This document shows positions 1 to 13,830 of a stretch of 64,000 nt of DNA, piece by piece. The DNA comes from Camelus dromedarius (lineage: Eukaryota), in the NCBI RefSeq assembly GCF_036321535.1, contig NC_087437.1, positions 100,256,001 to 100,320,000 of the forward strand, written 5' to 3'. Position 1 is the first letter of the stretch. Each line of letters starts with the position of its first letter. Both the position numbers and the translations under genes were made by a program. The notes beneath the pieces were generated by a model. That model did no database searches and was not told the origin of the DNA. It saw only the letters and a list, made by a program, of their open reading frames with translations.

Positions 1-659
1 TCCATGAAGCTTTGCTGACCATTAGCTGAACTTTCAAAGCAAACATAATGTTTTTAGCATTTCTGTTTCTGTCAAAATATGACTTACACCAGAAGAGAGG
101 GAATTTCCACAGGAGAACCTTATCTAACCTATCACATTAGGACATCAGGATTTGTTTGTCTTGAACCAGACAGTAACACTTTTAGAGCTGAAAATACCTT
201 TGAGGTTGCCTAATTCACCCTCATCAGTTTACAGATAAGCACCGCGATCTATAATGCCTTTACCGGGTCAGTATTTGAGCTGGAGGAACCAGAGGTGGGT
301 TCTGAACGGTAAGTTCTTGGTGCGGTAGAAACTGAGCTGGGACTGGCAGGCTGGTGTCAAACCTGCTGAAGTCCCGCACCTGAAATTCAAGGCTTGAAAG
401 GAACAGTCAGAGGCTGAGCAGAGCCTAACACTGGATATCAAGGCTAGGACTGATTTCTCAGAAGCAGCAGGTGGGGATGGGGCAGCCCCGAGAGCCAGGT
501 GCTCTGGTCAAACCGGGCATTCCTCTGGGAGGTCGCTGTGGAGAGAAGGCAGATTAAAATTTTGTGGGAAAGCACAGACCTGGGGCGGAAATGCAATGCC
601 TGTCACAAGCTATGGAAGCACCATCCCATTTTCTTTCTCCTTAAAAATATCTGCTCTCA

Positions 660-1411
660 CAGATAGCTGCCTGGTGGTTACCAGAGGCTGGGGAGAGGGG
701 AGAATGAGGAGTTATTGTTTAATGGGTACAGTTTCATTTGGGGATGTGGACCAAAAAAAAAAAAAAAAAAAACTGTTGCCTGCCATTTCAGTAAACAAAA
801 AATATCGTCAGCCATTCCAGTAAACAACAGAGTGTTGCCCTCCATCAAGTCATCAGCCACTGCAACCCCTGCAGTGTGCCCTGAGGGGAATTCAGGATGG
901 AGAAAAACCAGTTCCTGGCCTTAGACAGTTAAGGTGTTTGCCAAAGGAATAAATTCAGTGAGCCCAGATTCTTGTATCTACATATTCATCAAAAAGCACT
1001 GAAATTGTTAACCTCCAAAGTCTGTTCTTTGTGACTAGCAGTAATCTTTTGATGTTCAACTACATGTGTTTTTGTCTTTGTTTTTGTTTTTTAGCAAAAA
1101 CTCTTACGTATTCTGGCTTCTCCCTAACTTCTTTGGAGCTATCTGAGAGGCTGTATCCAGGGCTATAGTTCTCAGTAAGTTCCCTAAATATAATATAACT
1201 CTCAACTTTTAAGTATGTGTTTTAAGTTTTAAGTGTTTAAGCTTTTTGTTTGTTTTCAGTTGATACAGAAGATGAAAAAGTTCTAGAGATGGATGGTGAT
1301 GATGGCTGCATGACAGTGTAAGTGTACCTACTGCCACTGAAATTTACACTTAAAAATGGTTAAAATGGCAATTTTTTTAATTATTTATACTTCACCACAA
1401 TTAAAAAAAAG
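660..1411 (+). mobile_element. Old L1 (L1M-type) 3' UTR interrupted by an LTR
   Basis: gtggttaccagaggctgggg...gggtacagtttc, resuming as gatgaaaaagttctagagatgga...aattaaaaaaaa after the insert. Confidence 0.75.
745..1266 (+). mobile_element. ERV1 solo LTR (MER41-like)
   Basis: Splits the L1 tail; similar to the reverse complement of 27382-27799 (ctttggagct...aggctatag..ctcagtaag). Confidence 0.65.
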
Positions 1412-3166
1412 TCATTAGTTCTTAGTTCACCAACATCTTCTGCCTTCTGAATAAATTTCTCATTCTCATTTTTTTAATTCCAAAAATTCAAGAATTCTGC
1501 TTGAGAAAATCATTACCAGACTGATAATCACTTGATAGACAGTGAAATCTCTGAGCAAATTTAATTTTTTTAATCTTGTCAGAAGCAGTTGGTAAACAAA
1601 GGACAAAAAAAAAAAGCTGTAAATTTTAGAAAATTTTCTGGTTTTCACAACCACAAGGAAAAATGTTAGTTCCCAACACTACTTTACCAAAATAAAAAAT
1701 ATCTTTCAAAATAAGTAAATAACAGAGAACTGTCCACTTGTAAGCAATTAAAACATGGAAAAGAAACAGGAAGCAGAGCCTTGTAGAATTCTTGCTGGGT
1801 GTCATTTAATCATTTAATCGCCATTTTACAGTCGTGGAAACAGGATTAGAGAGGTTAAGTATGTTACCCAAGGTCACAGTCTGGAAGAACAAGGTCTAGC
1901 CTAAAATCTAAAGCAGCCTCCAAATCTTCATTGTTCACTATTTGTTCTTCATATGCAAATACATTTCTTGCTTCAGGCTACGTAATCAGTTTAAATAATG
2001 GGGTAGGGAGGGGGGTAAGGCAATGGCATTGAGTCATGTCCCAAATAACCAGTGTAAATTGCTTCTAAATAATGGGAATCCTCATAAAGCACTCCACTGC
2101 GAACTTTCCTCCAAAACCAGGTCATCAATAAAAAATAGCAGTGGAAGCAAAAAAGAAAGCCATTTTGTCGAGGGAAAAAGGAGAATCATACCACATACAC
2201 AAAGCTGACTACAGTGAACAGAGACAGAAATATCTAGAACAATTAGCACGATGTGAATGAAAAGTGAGCATTTCCAACTGAATTGTGAACAGTCGTAGAC
2301 AGACTGAATTCTATACAGTTTCTATATTTAGCTCCATACCAGAAAGTTCCCAGCCCGGCGTGATCTGTACGGTACAACTAGAATAAAGACTGGTAGGAGA
2401 GTTCCGAAAGGATCAGCAGGTGAATCAGAGCCAAAACAATTAGGAGAACACGTACAGAGCTGCGTCTCTCACTTTCAGTTACAGGTTTCCCCACACCCCA
2501 CGGAGGTGCTGACAGTCAACACCTTTGTGGTCACGTATGGTCTATTATCTTGGTTCTCCCATGTAACAGGAACAGCATATGCACACTTATTTACATTCAG
2601 GTCAGTCAGGCCGAGCATAAGACTATGAGCAAAGCAGCCAAAAATTTGTATTTCCCCAGATCTCCTCCTTGCATCACTTCAGAACTCCAGTTTTCTCCTA
2701 TTCTTCCAAAATTGTTCTAGGAGAGACTAATGACTATTGGCCCCGAGCAGGTTGGTCTAGTTCTTGGAACCATTTTTTTTTTCTCTCTCTCTTACTTCAA
2801 CACTCTGTAGTTGTTAGATATGACTCTGGTCACTTTCAATCTGCTGAGTAGCGAGCGACTGTGACGCCAATGTTTGCTGAAGTTGCTGCCACTGCTATTT
2901 TACTTGCAGAGGTATGCTGTTTTGGGGCCACTGTCTGCTGGAGAAGGCAACATCTCCTTTGTTTAATCTGTGAAGTCAGATGGCCTAGGTTCAAATTCCA
3001 ATGGTGCCATTTACTAGGTATATTAATACTGACAAACATTTGTATATTCATCCAGTGGGAATTTTAATGGCCCTTCCCTGATAGAGTTGTGATAATGATT
3101 AAATGATATAATGCATTAGTTAACATCGAGCATTTAGGTAACATTTATTGAGTACTTATTAAAAAC

Positions 3167-3558
3167 TGTCTTAATCTATTTGGGCTGCTATAACAGAATA
3201 TCATGGACTGAGTGGCTTACAAACAACACACATTTATTTCGAACACTTCTCAAGGCTAGGACGTCCAAGACCAAGGTGCTGGCAGGTTTGGTGTCTGCTG
3301 AGAGCCTGCTTTCTGGTTCAGGGAGAGCCATCTTCTCATTGTGTCTTCACATGGTAGAAGATGCAAGAAATTTTCTGGGGTCTCCTCCCTAACCCTAACT
3401 CTCTGGAGTCTCTTTCATAAGGGCATTAATCTCATTTATGAAGGCTGCACCCTCATGATCTAATCTCCTCTAAGAGGACCCATCCTAATACCACCACACT
3501 GCGGGTTATGATTTCAACATAGGAATTTTGACAGGACCCAAGCGTTCAGTCTATAGCA
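3167..3558 (-). mobile_element. MaLR LTR (MLT1A-like)
   Basis: Characteristic ends tgtcttaatctatttgggctgctataacag...cagtctatagca. Confidence 0.85.
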
Positions 3559-5549
3559 TGAGCTAAGCAAAGTGCTGATATTGTCATTATTGGTAAGAAG
3601 TAAGGGGAAGATACCACTCTCCATATTCCATGCAACAAATAGCTCTGCCCATTTTAACTTAGTCTTTAATTACAAACCCTCAAGTTAGGACCTAGACTGG
3701 CCTAGAACAACATGAATGGCAAACACCAGACTACACTCAGAACAGTCTTCTGCCCAGAGATGTCACTCATTCCCAGGGTAAACAAACCGTACCTAGTTCA
3801 TCAATTATATAATTTCAGTACAATAATTTTTGTTTTTTTTTAAAGTACCAATTAAACATTATCATATAAAAAGGTGAAAAAAACACAATTTTCAAAGACC
3901 TTCAGGCATTCTTAAGGAAGACCCCAAATATGATAAACTCCCCTAAAATTTGAGTTTCCCAGGCTCAAAAGACACAAGTAAAGTGAAGTCTCTTTTATAG
4001 AAAGCTGTCTTGTAGGTCATATTTATCCTACATTAAGAATTGCATGAATTCCTCCTGGGAATTTGTCCTATAGACATGTACACACATAGGTATATGAATA
4101 AAGATGCTAACTGCAGCAGTGTTTATACATGCACAAAAGGAAATAAATATTTATCTGCAGAGAATAGGGTAACTAATCATGGTACTTCTTAAATTGAATT
4201 AAATCTCTATGTTCTGATAGGAAAAGGTTCCAACATCAATAAGTAAAAAAGCAGGGACAAAAAAGTATCTCTAGTATGTCCCTATTTATGTGTATATATG
4301 AGTATTTTAAAAGACATGTACATACTTGGGTTTAGATACATAAAACAATTCTGGAAATAGAAATGACTGATGGGGGAGTCAATGGCAGTAGCTGTTTCAG
4401 ATGTTTTGACTGAATATCTGGCCAACTTTGATTTCGATAAAATTGCAAATGGGCATAAAATAGACAAAGACAAATCAATTACATCTATCAGCTTTAGGAA
4501 TCAAAATGATATCCCAAACTTCTTCCTCCTGATGGCTAACTTATTTTAAATAATACTTAATATGACAAAATTCCAGTGAAAGAATCTGGATAATCTCTAG
4601 GAGTTTCTTGTAAGAAGGATCAATGATTATATCATTTTAGGGTGAAAAAAGTGCTAGACATTATGGTAACTTCCTTTTACTAAACCTGCACTCAGGTTGT
4701 CTTTTTCATATTTTACTGACATCTCAGAACTGGTAAGGCCACATAGCTATTTAACTATTATCCATTCCCTCATCATGTTCATATGAGCTGAGGAAAAAAA
4801 TCACTTATTTGTAGTGCCTCAGACCTGAGAGAACTGAAAGTTGCAATGAGTTATTTAATACTATTTCTATACTCTCTTGCTTTTGCTTGTCTGACCAAAT
4901 CATACTGGGAGATATTTAGGGCCACATATTGTAAAGAATGGAACAGAAGGAAGTATCTTACAATTATTTTACACTATAAAATAGCTTAATGAAAACATGA
5001 ATTGAATAAATCAAGAACTCTCAGATAAAATAGTCAAATAGCAGAATGATAACTTTGAAAAGAGAAATATTGCAATCCTAAAGGGAAAAAAGTAAGAACC
5101 AAAACAATATTAAGACACAACTAATGAATCGATAATGAATGGCAAGGGGTGAGATAAAGGCAGGTGGAAATTTCATTACTAAGAGATCACCACAAGGAAA
5201 GCAGAATGAAAAAGCCAAAGACAGAAGCAATCGGAGAGGGGCTATTAGGTATGGGAGATAAAGATAACCTAAGCTTGACTGAAATGCAAGAAAAAATTTG
5301 TTCAAAGATATAATTCAAGAAAAATCCCTGAAATGAGCCAGAAACTGAATCAGCAGAACAAAATACCAGTGCCAAAGCAAATTTGGTATAGAACATTCAA
5401 CTCACAAACTAATGATCTTCAAAAATTTAAAAAAAAATTTCAGCCATCTAGGTTTTATGGTTAAACTAGTAGTAAGGGAGAGCATTTGAGCATTTAGGCT
5501 GCCTTCTGACTTCTCCAAGATAATATTCAATACCAGACACAGAAGAGCC

Positions 5550-6072
5550 CTAGTAGAGCCTCCAAGTTGACCTTCGATGACAAGCCCCACCTCCTGGATA
5601 TTCACACCCCTGTGCAGTCCGCTCCCTCATTTTAACAGGGTTGGTCAGTGTGACCACAGAATCCTGCAGACATGGCGGCATGGCACTTCCAAGGCTATTT
5701 TATAACAGGCATCTCCACTTCTGCCCTGGATGCACTCAATCTCTCTTAGATGACTCATTCAGGGGTGAGCCAGCTGCTAGGCAAAGGCCAAGGCAATAAA
5801 GCAGCATCACCATGGTCTTTTGCCATCAGCCAGACAGGAAGAGCCTCCTGGTAACAAGCACCTGAGTGAGGCATCTTGGGATGCCAGCCCTTGAGATGCC
5901 CGCAGCCCTAGCCCGCAGATTGAATGCCTTGTCCTGGAGACCCTGAGCCCAAACCACACAGCTAAGCCGCTCCCATTTTCTGGATCCTCAGAAACTGTGT
6001 ACCATAACAGAGGCTTGTTGTTAGTGTCTAAAATTTCAAAAATGTGATATGCATCAGTAGATAATGAAAACA
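5550..6072 (+). mobile_element. MaLR LTR (older MLT1 type) within L1M relic
   Basis: ccccacctcctggatattcacacccctgtg...cctcagaaactgtg...gtagataa motifs. Confidence 0.7.
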
Positions 6073-6310
6073 ATCATCCGAAAGGGAAACACAGTGTGAC
6101 CCAAGAAAAACATGCAGGGTAACCCAAGAACAATCTATTAGAAAAGATGTTATTCAAGAATAAAACTAACAAGTATGTATTTTCATAAATGAAAAATGTG
6201 AGGCAATGCGAGATCCACTAAAAGAACTACTAGTTAAGAAAAAGCAGGCAGTTAAGAGATTAAAGCAAAGAATCCAGAAGCAGAAATTGTGGTGAAAAAC
6301 TGATACTGAG

Positions 6311-6436
6311 GAGTGAGGAAGGTATATAGCTCAGTGGTAGAGGGTATAGCTCAGTGGTAGAGCACGTGCTTATTTAACATGCAATGAGGGCCTGGATTTA
6401 ATACCCAGTAACTCCATTAAAAAAAAATTTTTAAGT
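6311..6436 (+). mobile_element. tRNA-derived SINE (vic-1-like) with duplicated 5' head
   Basis: tatagctcagtggtagag present twice; degenerate TSD aaaaactgatactgag / aaaaactgacagtgag. Confidence 0.8.
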
Positions 6437-6629
6437 AAAAACTGACAGTGAGTATTGACTCTGAAAATGGATAAATAATACTTACTATGGAAATTTTGCT
6501 ACAGACTGGAAAATAAATGTTAAAGATCATAGTGTATAAACTACTACAACAACAACAACAATAATAATAATAATGTAAATAACAAAAAATATTGGAACTG
6601 TAGGAATGGTAAGGTCCTTGATTTTTCTT

Positions 6630-6960
6630 AGTATTATGAAAATAAAAGAAACTTCACTTAAAATGGAGTCAGGAAGCCCTGACTGGGGAACTGTCATGAA
6701 TGTCACTCACCCTCCCTTGCCAACCTGAGAGGAAAAATGATTTCCTTCTGACCCAGCAACAAGCTGCCCCCGACTCGCAGCCAATGAAGAACCACCACAG
6801 CCTCCCCGATTTCCTCCTCTCTTCTATAAGAGCTAGCCCCTCTCCCCTGTTCTCCAGACTTGCCCATGGTTCACCATAGTTTGCTTGTCCTGAAATGAAA
6901 GCAATTCCTGCTATTCCCGAAGAAACTCATTTTTCTGACTTTTCTTTTTAAGGCCAATAG
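6630..6960 (+). mobile_element. ERV LTR relic
   Basis: aaaatggagtc start, agccaat, tataa and polyA-like LTR layout; family uncertain. Confidence 0.5.
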
Positions 6961-7101
6961 CAGGATGTTAATTACTACCAGCTAAGATGTAAAGATTTTA
7001 TTAAAAAATAAATACGACTGCAACTTCTTTGTATTTTTCATAGATTCTTTCTTAAGAGGAACCTTCTAGAAAATATTATCTCTTGTAGTAAACAACTATG
7101 A

Positions 7102-7584
7102 TGTTAACCAAAATTTTAGAAAGAGACCTGATTTAAATTTAAAAAGTATTTATTTGAGATTTGTTAGGACTGCAGCCCAGGAATCACAAATTCAAGAAGC
7201 ACTTGAATTGTGTTCAGCCTGACTACAGAATGGGGGAGGGTTATAAAGGCAAAAAACCACAAGGTTACAGTTAGTTACATGAGCTCTTCATCAAGAATTA
7301 TAATTAGATCTGGCAAGAAGAAAGGATGCTTGTTAAGTAAGGATTGGTTGGGGTCCGAATTGGTTGCATAGTTAGAAGGGGAGACCTTGAAACCGTAAGG
7401 TTGTAGCTGGCAGGTGTTGTTCTGAATTTTCCTGGCAGTGTCCTTGGGTCTGGTGCAGTTCAAAGAAAATTCAAATTTTCAGTGGCGCAGAGATGTGTCC
7501 TAGACCAGATCCTCAGTGGCCACCCAGCTCCATTTCTGTATGCCTGAACTGTGATCACTGCATGATCATTGCAATTTGTCATCA
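7102..7584 (-). mobile_element. ERV1 LTR relic (MER4/MER41 group-like)
   Basis: tgtt start, tttatt, ttata and gattgg on the minus strand. Confidence 0.55.
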
Positions 7585-8207
7585 ATGTCCTGATTTTAAA
7601 TTTCAATAATTCCTTTAGTTTTATTTGTTTCTTTTCTTATATTGTATATTTGAATTAAACTGTATTTATGTATAGGACTTATAGTATCCAATTTGTGGAG
7701 AAGTTTATCTTTCACTCTTCTTCCTTCTTTTTATTGAAAAATGTTTTAAGTAAGGTAAACTACCGTGTTATTTCTTAATAACAAAATCTCATGTTTTTTA
7801 ACTTTCATTTTTGTGCTTTTCTGCATTCCACAAATTCTTTGTAATATGCATATATCGATTTTATGATAATAATTGAGTATTGACAATCATGACAGTGTGT
7901 ATTCCAATACACAGTGGTAGAAAATAAGCATTTTCTTCCGGTTTCTTATTGTGTATATAATCTACTGGGATAAATGTCCTCCTGGAGAAGGACAGTGACT
8001 ATTTCTGCTGTATCTTCTGTACCCAGAACAGTGCCTAACACACATATGTGACACTTAATTAACACTTCCTACTTTAATTAATAAATGGTTTTAAATTGAG
8101 GAAACATAGTATTTATAGGCTTGCATTTCCCTTTTATGCATCTATTTCATATATGTAATAATCTATTCCCCATGTGACCATTTTTCTAAAACTTTAAAAA
8201 GAATTTT

Positions 8208-8332
8208 CTTTTCTTTGGGGTGAGGGAGGTAATTAGGTTTATTTATTTGTTTTGACAGAGGTACTGGGCATTGAAACCAGGACCTCATGCTTGCTAAACA
8301 GGTGCTTTACCACTGAGCTATACCCTCCCCCC
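8208..8332 (-). mobile_element. tRNA-derived SINE (vic-1-like)
   Basis: gaggtaattaggtttattt...accactgagctataccctcccc. Confidence 0.85.
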
Positions 8333-8579
8333 AAAAAACATTTTGTGTCTGTTCATCATCCATCGTATGAAGTCATTTTTCAATTTCCCTCTTTTTACAC
8401 AGTTAATTTTTTCTAAAATCTCATTTGTATAAAAGTTCAAGAAACAGCCTCGTACATAAATTTGTTTGCTTATCTATGGCTGATTATTCCTCAGAACAGA
8501 CTCTAAAATGTAGATGTATTAGGTCAATAAGCATGAATATTTTAATAGTAGTATGATTGAGTAGTTTACAATATAGTTA

Positions 8580-9040
8580 CAACCAACATTTATTGAGCCC
8601 TTACTCTGCACCAGACATTTTACTAAGAACTGCAGTTACACTGTCTCTTTACACTATCACAGTGACCTTACAATGTTAGTACTATTGCTAGTCCCATTGT
8701 GTAGACAGGAAAACCTAGCCTGGGAAAGTAACTTTCCTGAAGTCACACAATTAGTAAGTGGTAGAGGCAGGACTGGAAAGACAAGACAACCCCGGGGCCT
8801 AACTCCATCCTCAAAAGTAAACGTTTGGGAAGAAGTTTGCTTGGGTTTGGATCTCATGTCCACCAATTACTACCTGTAGGATCTATTCAAGTTAATTAAT
8901 CTCTTTGGCTTTGGTTTTCTGTAAAATGGAGTTCATAATAGTACCTTCCATAGTGAGAATTAAAGGAAATAATGTACATAAAACTCTTCCTAGTGCTAAT
9001 ACATAAGAAGAGCTCAACATAGGATTCCTACCTTGTTATT
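8580..9040. mobile_element. Two oppositely oriented MIR fragments
   Basis: aagtaactttcctgaagtcacaca and ctgtaaaatggag core motifs. Confidence 0.65.
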
Positions 9041-10454
9041 TGTAAAGTTCTGAATATACCTTGAATATTTTCCATCAAACACTCACACATTACATTCCCC
9101 CCAGAAGTATTGTCGACAGATTTATGTAGCTGCAGGTTACACTGGGTTCCAAGTGTGCCGAAAAAACAATACACCAAAGAGATGACCTACGTATAACTGA
9201 ACCTACTTCCTTTTGCTTGCACATCATATATGCATCCTAAAGGTGTTATCTGAATTTCCCACACTAAGCTTCCTTTCTATACTTTGCCTTGGTATCTATT
9301 TTGGAAAGAGGACTGTAAATCAGAGGAGCATTCACAGAATAATTTTGGTAAATCAAGCTCCTAAAATTTATTTGATATGAAACCTCTGGTTAATGAGGAC
9401 AAAACGCAGCTTGTTTGAAATTATAGATAATTCATCATTAGTCTATGATTTTTTTATGCATACAAGAAGCTAGAGGAAGAGAAGGAGAAATAACAGTACT
9501 CTGTTTAATGTTTGAACCACTAATAAAACAGACATTTAATTTATATATTACTATTTATGTCAATTTTTCTCATCCTTGTTTCAGCAAAATAAGCATTTTG
9601 TTGTTATAAAGACACTCTTATAATTTGTGATCAATTAACAGTAATGATCTCAAGAATTTTTTAAATGTAATTATATCCAAAGTGTTCAAAATTTGATGAT
9701 TAAAGTTCAAAGTATAGAAAACTGGATGATACTTTCATCAAAATATGGAAATTAAAATAAAGGTAAAAAACCAAATAATGAAAACTACATTTTTCAAAAA
9801 TATTTAAAGATGTATTGAAATTAAAGGCAAAATACAAACTAGAATTTTAAAATATCACAATTTTAAATCAACATTATTTTAAATGCTGAATATTTACTAA
9901 CCTTTTGGAAATTTAATTACATTGTACTAATTTTTTAAATTAAGCATCATTCTACCATTCAATGTCCATCTAGTTACCAACACAAAGAATCATCCCATGT
10001 CAGTATGTTCAGACATATATACGCACATTTAAAAGTAACGTGGATTCTTCAACCTCATTTGCCACTGTTCTGTATACCACGTGATGCCAAACGGACAGGT
10101 ACTCACAGTGGGGAGCATGAACAGAAGCAAGAAAATGCAAGCGCCCCACTGACTGCAAAAGGCCCCTTTAGTAAGCAAGGATCTACTGCATTCGTGCCAG
10201 CTGATTGGAAGGACTGGGCAACCCGTCCTTTCTCTTACCTGGGCATTCCCGCTCGACGAGTCCTCCTGGCGCCATAGAGCAGTGTGTTTTTCTGACACTG
10301 GCAGCAGCAGTCCTGCAGACCTTCATATGTGGTCACGGGTAGCCTTTAGCTTGAAGGAAGTCGGCAGACATGGGAGAAGCCTGTCCTGGGGCCTGAATGA
10401 CGCTGGCCACTGGAGTGGATACTGAGCGGGTCACAGGCAGCGCGATAAAGGTGC

Positions 10455-11391
10455 GGTCTCAGGCAGTCCGGGCTGCTCCCACGGCATACCATCAACTGGG
10501 TGGCTTGAACCGCAAACATTTATTTCTCACAGTTCTAGAGACTGGAACTCCAAGACAATCAGGGTGCTAGCACGTCAGGCTTTCAGTGAGGCGAACCTCT
10601 CCCCAGTTACGGCCTCACAACGCCTTCCGTGGGGACGCACGCAGAGACAGAAACCCCGGCTCCTCCTCTTTGTTTAAGGGCATTGATCCCACTGCCATTT
10701 TACCTGTCTTCACTGAGAATCAAGGTCATTTTAAGACTTGCACATCCTCCAGGAGGCAGGTAGCCTACACAATAAGATGCTTTCCTGAGCTGTTGTCCGG
10801 GAACTTGACGTCAGCTGTGTCTAGCTCAAGCTGAGCCGGTTGAGACTGGATGGGACCATCGACCCTCCAACTGGGCATGCGTGAGTGTACGCTAGGCGAC
10901 CTTTTGACGTCAGAGGGCAGAAAACTCCACCCTCTGATCGTACTTAGAGCCTCCATTTTTGAATGTACAGAGACCTGTAGCTTAGTTACGCCTGCGCACA
11001 ATGATTGCTGCACCTTTTTCCACTCACCTTTCCCAAATGCTCCCCATGCTCCCAAGCCTCAGACTGCCCTGCTGCATTATTCTTTATCCCATAAACACCC
11101 CGAGCATCTTGCCTTCAGGGAGGGTGATCTGAGACTCCATCTCCTATCTTTTGGCTGCCTGGAGAATAAAGCTTCTCTTGGCGCAAACCTCGGGGTCTCC
11201 GTGTTCTGGCTTGTTGCAGGTCAAAAAGTAACCTAGTTCAGTAACACCATCCTGAGGGCAGCACCCTCAGGACCTAATCTAACCCTACTTACCTCCCGAA
11301 GACCAATGTGATGATGCCAAAAACCATCACGTCGGGGGTTAGGGTTTCAATATATGAATTTGGGAGGGACACAAATGTACAGTCCGTAGCA
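10455..11391 (-). mobile_element. MaLR LTR (MLT1A-like) split by a younger LTR
   Basis: catttatttctcacagttctagagactgg...; resumes at 11247 and ends cagtccgtagca. Confidence 0.8.
10693..11246 (+). mobile_element. ERV1 solo LTR, same family as 62781-63377
   Basis: TG...CA ends, CCAC/CCAT near-TSD, AATAAA, two TGACGTCA sites. Confidence 0.75.
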
Positions 11392-12599
11392 GATACCTAT
11401 GTGTTCCTTAAATATTTATTTGTGGCTGTTTTTGCGACATGTGTGGCCCTCTACAGTGTGGGACCCCGGGCAGCAGTCTCTCTCACCCAGTTCTAAGAGC
11501 CTGACTACTGCAAAGGAGTGAGTTTCTCCCCCATATTCAGAGTCTCTGTCCAGAACACCCAAGTCAAGATTTCTACGGTTAGAACTGCTGACACAGAGCC
11601 CTTTAAAATTCACAGAAGATCCTCAAGAACAGGCATTCCTTCAGAGTCCAGAATCCCAAGTAAGAGTTTGAAGAGGTGGTCTCTTCTGTTCATAATAATA
11701 GCAACTCAAGGAGTAGAAGGCCCCAGGAGACCTGGTTCAGGACAGACCTTAGGGTAGCTCCTCCAAGGCCTTGCTTTTCCTTTCAATTTAGGGTCAGAGC
11801 CAGCTCCTTGCCCCACATCTTATTTCAGAGGCCCTGCTGCATCACTTGCACCCGGGCCTTGGTTGGGGCCACCCTAGTCCAAACCTATAAATCTACCCGA
11901 AATCAAACCTCAGGTAGAAAACTTGGGGGGTGAGGATTGGAGTATTTATCCCTCCCCTCCCAGAAGACCCCTGGGGTCCTGATGTAAATGGTGTCCCACA
12001 GCTTAGCTCAGAAGCTAGCTTTAAACTAAATACTTCTTTTTACCTTTCTCTGGGGCATCGCCCACGCCCTCCTAGAATGCAAAAGACCTAATGATCTACT
12101 CAGAGGTGATTTTTTCCATCTCTACCAGTACAAGGATGGGAGTGGCAACATTTTCACATAAGAAAAGAAAGAAAACACTTACGTACTTATGCCTTTTTAG
12201 GGCATAAATTTGGCAGATAATCCCATTTGGCAAGTCAGTAAAAGCTTAATATTTATATGCTTGTAATTCTGTGAAAACCTTCAAATGATGCTGAGATATC
12301 ACAGTAATTTGATACATTTGATAATTCAATATATTTTATCTAGTCAGTGTTCTAAGCGAATGTATTCTCTCTGCTGTTTGTCAAGACTAATACCTTGGTT
12401 GTTCATTAGTGGTTATTTTTAATTCATCCTGATGTGGTATGTTGAATGTTTGTCAAGATTCTGGATTTTACCACAGAGAGGCAACCATATCATGTATGTC
12501 TTTAAAGATGAGTATAAAATTTCTTAACACTTTTAGACAAAGATGAAATGAATCAGTATTTTTATTTCTTTTGTGTGCATTTAGCACATAAAAGGAAAT

Positions 12600-13830
12600 T
12601 TTTACTGCCTAGGTTATGGACTTTATGCAATCACGCTATAGAACATTTAAAAATTATTTTTATTGCATATTTTTTTTTCTTATTACAAAATTAATTCTCT
12701 CTACTGAAAACCTGGAAGATATAGAAAAACACAAAGAGAAAAATTAAAATCATCTGTATTTCTTCATTCATATTTAAACTTCTTCATATTTTGATGCAAG
12801 ACCTACCAGTGTTTTTTCAGCACATATACATGTACATCATTTATTTTAAAAACTGGGTTCTGAGCATACATTTGGTTTTCCAATTTGTCTTCATTTAACA
12901 TATTGCAATTTTTTTTCATGTTATTCAATATTCTGTGATTTTTTTAATGGCTGAAGATCATATCATATAGCTCTACTGTTAAACCAAACTCCTATTTTTG
13001 GACACTTTAAGCTATTTCATTTGTTTTACTATTATTAACTCCAAGTAAATTTCTAGAAGTAGACTTTTTGAGTAGAAGTACTTATAGACATTCAGCTTCA
13101 TGATAAGCACTTCAAACTGCAAACAGCCACAGCCCCCACCTTCCACCCTACATTTACACTCCACTTGTACTCTTGCAAGAAATGCATACAAAAAGCCTGT
13201 TTCCAGCACCTTCCATAATGGAGTGTTATGTTTTCCAGTATTGCCAATTTCTTTAGTTACTAGGGAAGGATTCTTTTTGTCCCACTTATTTAATTGCTTC
13301 TTATGTATACTTTACTGATGTTTTTGTCTGGGGTATTCAAATTTCTTAATTTTTTTTACTTTGAAAAAATAAATATTAACGTAATTATCCGTGTCATATA
13401 TTTGCCAAACATTTTCCAAGTTTGTCATTTTTGCTTGTAATTTTGTTTGACATTTTTTTTTTGACATACAGATGTTTTAAAATATTTGTGTTGTCAAACT
13501 TATCATTTTCCTTATGTTTTCTTCCTTTGGTTTTATGTAATTACAAAGAAGTGTTCACTCAGAAAATTTATCCAGTACACTTATGATTTGTATTCTTTTC
13601 CATATGTTATATTTCAATAAAGTTTACCAAAAGTAGGACAGATCTTTTTAGCTTATGTATGTATGTATACACATACACACATACATATACATGTATATAT
13701 TCTTCTGGTTATTACTTTATTTTTTTAATTATTTAATCCATTTGGGTATGTTGTTGTAAAGTGAACTAACTACATGTACTTTTCCAAATCGTCAAGTAAT
13801 TTTAGTAAAATCATTTTTCTTTGAATAGGG
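12600..13830 (-). mobile_element. Degraded old L1 (L1M) fragments
   Basis: T-rich antisense L1-like ORF2/3' sequence; boundaries approximate. Confidence 0.5.

Noticed and set aside
4382..4549. 55-aa ORF MAVAVSDVLTEYLANFDFDK...
   Set aside because: No recognisable homology or exon support; length compatible with chance
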